Positions 61,301-64,000 of a stretch of DNA of 64,000 bases are shown piece by piece; the stretch's first letter is position 1; each line of letters opens with the position of its first letter. Location: NCBI GenBank assembly GCA_002269645.1, contig NIVC01001186.1, positions 247,293-311,292 on the forward strand, read 5' to 3'. Made by a program: the position numbers and the translations under genes. The notes beneath the pieces were generated by a model. It did no database searches. It was not told the DNA's origin and was given only the letters and a program-made list of their open reading frames with translations. The stretch comes from Macrostomum lignano (Eukaryota).

Positions 61301-63108
61301 AAAATACACTATTATGGAGATAGGAAGTGTTCATTTTTTCAACACAAAAATTGTTATTGCTTTCGATAGGAAGCAGATCCAGTGTTCATCTTTTGATATG
61401 TTGAGCATTTCTTATTGCTCTATTGATAGTCATAAAGCTTTTTGTTCAGAAAATTAGGATTCTAATGTTAATTTTTTATTTCACGTACATTTCTTGTACC
61501 TAAAAATTTTATAAAAATACATGGCACAGTTCGACTCTGGTTTTATGAATCTACTTTATCATCTCGGTTGCACCATATTGTTTTACAGTCAGCTGAGAAT
61601 GATAAAATCGATTGTTATTGCTTTCACATTTTTTGATAACAATTTTTTGCTGAAGAAAATGAAAACTTCCTATCTCCGTAGTGTATTTTTTAGGAACGAC
61701 TTGCCTTCAAAAATTTGCCGTCCTTGTTATACACATTCACACAGGGTGTAAAGCGGCCCTGACTTTCCAATCGCGAGGCATCGAACCAGGGGTTGCACAC
61801 CGTTGAGCTGGGGGGGGGGGGGGGGGGGTACAAGAACTCACACTAAATGACATCAGATAGCAGTCGGCAGCAACAGACATATTGCTAAGCCGCAATTCAA
61901 TCAGAATCAGATCGGCCAGATGCCCAGCCGGGTTGTCCTCAGCCAGCGGTGCCAGCTGCCTCTGCACTCGCCAAGCGTAGTGCACAGCCACATACTGCGG
62001 CAGCTGGTTCACCGTGACAGCAAGTCGGCCAACTAGAAAAGCTGGCCAAACGCTGGCGGGCAAGCGCCGATTACTGAAGACCTCCTTGGCGGCCGATTCC
62101 CACTCTAACAGTTCGGGCAGAAGCTCCGGAGGCGGCTGCTCTTCTTCATCCTCTTCTTCTTGGCCGTCTTCTTCTTCTTCTTGTTCAGCGTCGTCTTCTA
62201 CATTGTTGCGTTCGAAATCTTCGTCGTTAAAATTTCTACTGTCGCCAGCGTCGATTTCCATATCGCAGTCGGTGGTGACGTCATCGTCGTTGGCCAGCCG
62301 CGGCTGGGACGATTTCGATATGGTTGTCAGAAAAAATGAGATATTTAGGTAAACAGCGAGAGTAACTATGACTACTATATAATTATGAAACACATTTTCA
62401 TCTAATCAGTAGTTTAGAACAACCCTAATATTTTAGTCAACTCTAAATTTACATTAGTGACAAAGAATACATATATATATACTTGAAAAAATACTTCTGA
62501 TTACTATAGGTGCAATACACCTAGTCTTGATTTTTTGTTTCTTTTTTTAAATTTGTTTAAAAAGATAGGCATAACTTATACACTTACAACACAAATGGCC
62601 AGCATACAAAGATGACACATACATTACAACACTAATAAAATAATTCTAGGTGACAGACATTTTGGTGAAAAGAGAATGCTTTTGTGACAGGTCATTTTGA
62701 CAAAGTAAAGCAGTAGAGAGCATTCTAATTTCTAATGAGTAAATAAAAAAGATGGAAGATAATACAGTTGGTATATGCAAGAGAACTTTTGACTTGTTTT
62801 TTTCTGTTTGACTGATTGTTCAGTCAAGGCTAAATCAATAATTAGGGGCAGTGTATTAAGTCTGCTAGACTAGAAGTAGAGCTGCTGGGAAAACACAGTC
62901 AACATTTAATTGTTGGCATTAGCATCCAACCAAGCAAAGAATTGATATGCTACCAGATTGTATATTTATAATTTTGAGCTACCTGTCAAGGTTATTATTA
63001 TACCTTTGAAAGAGTAGGCCTGCCCAACGAATTGATTAGTTTTTTGGCAGTGAAAGAAGCACCAGGTTTGTTTCTGCCTGCTCTGCTTGAGTCATTCAAG
63101 ATGGTCAT
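58314..63108 (-). CDS. TTK: Mps1/TTK-like protein kinase, about 643 aa; exons 63108-63004 (tentative), 62303-61842, 60855-60139, 58961-58314
   Basis: EIGRGGFGTV, FALK, VHMDLKPANFVL, LKLIDLG, FMAPE and [22 protein letters not shown] resemble Mps1 ([22 protein letters not shown]...[22 protein letters not shown]). Junctions are phase 0. The N-terminus is acidic and unrecognised, and orthology is unproven. Confidence 0.7.
58990..60070. repeat. 34-bp intronic minisatellite (gattcttcagggaatgccgattttcacactctca)
   Basis: Tandem units inside the kinase-domain intron. Confidence 0.93.
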
Positions 63109-63276
63109 GTAATCAGACAGCTGAACTAGCACAATCATGGTGAAGATGGCGCATGCTATAGCATATAGGAGGCCATATGTGGCATCAAGGCTAATGCATG
63201 ACAGACACAAGACCCTACTCCAGTAAGCATCATGCACTGAAGAAAATGGTTCACAATGTGCAACATGACCATAAAG

Positions 63277-64000
63277 CATGGGTCCCCAACCTGCGGCCCG
63301 CGGGCCGCATGCGGCCCGCGAGCCCTTTTTGTGCGGCCCGCGGCACCTTCCAGTAGTTTGCATTACATGCGGCCCGCCGAGTCTATCACTGGATTTCACT
63401 GCGGCCCCCGAAAATGTTAAAGTTTTCCTAGCTGTATTGAAAATATGCCCAGAAATCTCTTACCCCCCCAACCGCTAGAAGCGACGCTTCAATTCATTTG
63501 GATTGCTATTTTAGCCACTCCTAGCGCACAAATGTACATGCAGTCAAGAGTTGAAGTGAAAAGTAGGAAGGAATGCTAGCTAATATCAATAAGGTTCAAG
63601 GCAAAGGAGGTGGGGTTGGGGTAAGGGCTCTACTGCCTCTCTCTCTCTCATGAAAGCTAGTTTAGTTCAGTCGATATTTTCTCTCCCCCACAGTGCGCTG
63701 ATTCAACCTCCGCTGATTCAACCCCTCACCGCTTCAAACCTCTCTCTCCATATCTGGCTACGCATGCGTGGGGGAAGGGGGAGTGACGCACAACACAACC
63801 CCCCACTTTCCCTCCCCCCGCACTAGTATATTCTCGCTAGCAGTTTATTGGCTGCTTCTTTCTCACTGTACAATGAAACGGCCTGACGGGTCTGCGGCCC
63901 AAAGCCTCGCTGGGGGTGGCATTTCGTCTCTAGTCCAGCCCATAGTTCTTGTAACCAATAGAAACTTATCGATTTTTCTTCTACACCCTTTTTCATGGGT
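63277..64000 (+). mobile_element. Left end of a hAT (Charlie/SPIN-like) DNA transposon; the right end is not seen in the window
   Basis: catgggtccccaacctgcggcccgcgggccgcatgcggccc, with repeated gcggccc subterminal motifs typical of this family. Confidence 0.6.

Noticed and set aside
61810-61828. Poly-G run (PPPPPP in ORF 61737..62393)
   Set aside because: It lies downstream of the donor at 61841, so it is intronic; homopolymer length is also unreliable.
62998-63399. 133-aa ORF with a hydrophobic stretch
   Set aside because: Its 5' part runs through the transposon end; only 63120-63004 is plausible as a kinase exon.

Overview
This is a eukaryotic (animal) genomic window with GT-AG introns, GC-rich exons and introns filled with minisatellites. 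The style suggests a free-living flatworm such as Macrostomum, but that is inference only. By manual splicing I reconstruct seven genes: (1) a minus-strand 5-exon gene (6308-550) whose N-terminus is a CECR2/RSF1-type DDT-WHIM module and whose last exon carries BCL9/Legless HD1, HD2 and C-terminal motifs, an apparent fusion; (2,3) two tandem hnRNP A1-like genes (+); (4) a secreted micro-exon gene (+, 27476-36888) with a signal peptide, symmetric phase-1 micro-exons, an 11-copy tandem array of a 33-nt exon cassette and two WSC domains; (5) PXMP2 (-); (6) DHX36/RHAU (-); (7) an Mps1/TTK-like kinase (-). The window also holds a near-complete frameshifted mariner, several MITEs and SINE-like inserts, and about 20 distinct tandem-repeat arrays, several built from splice-site sequence. 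All homology calls come from recalled motifs; no database search was run.
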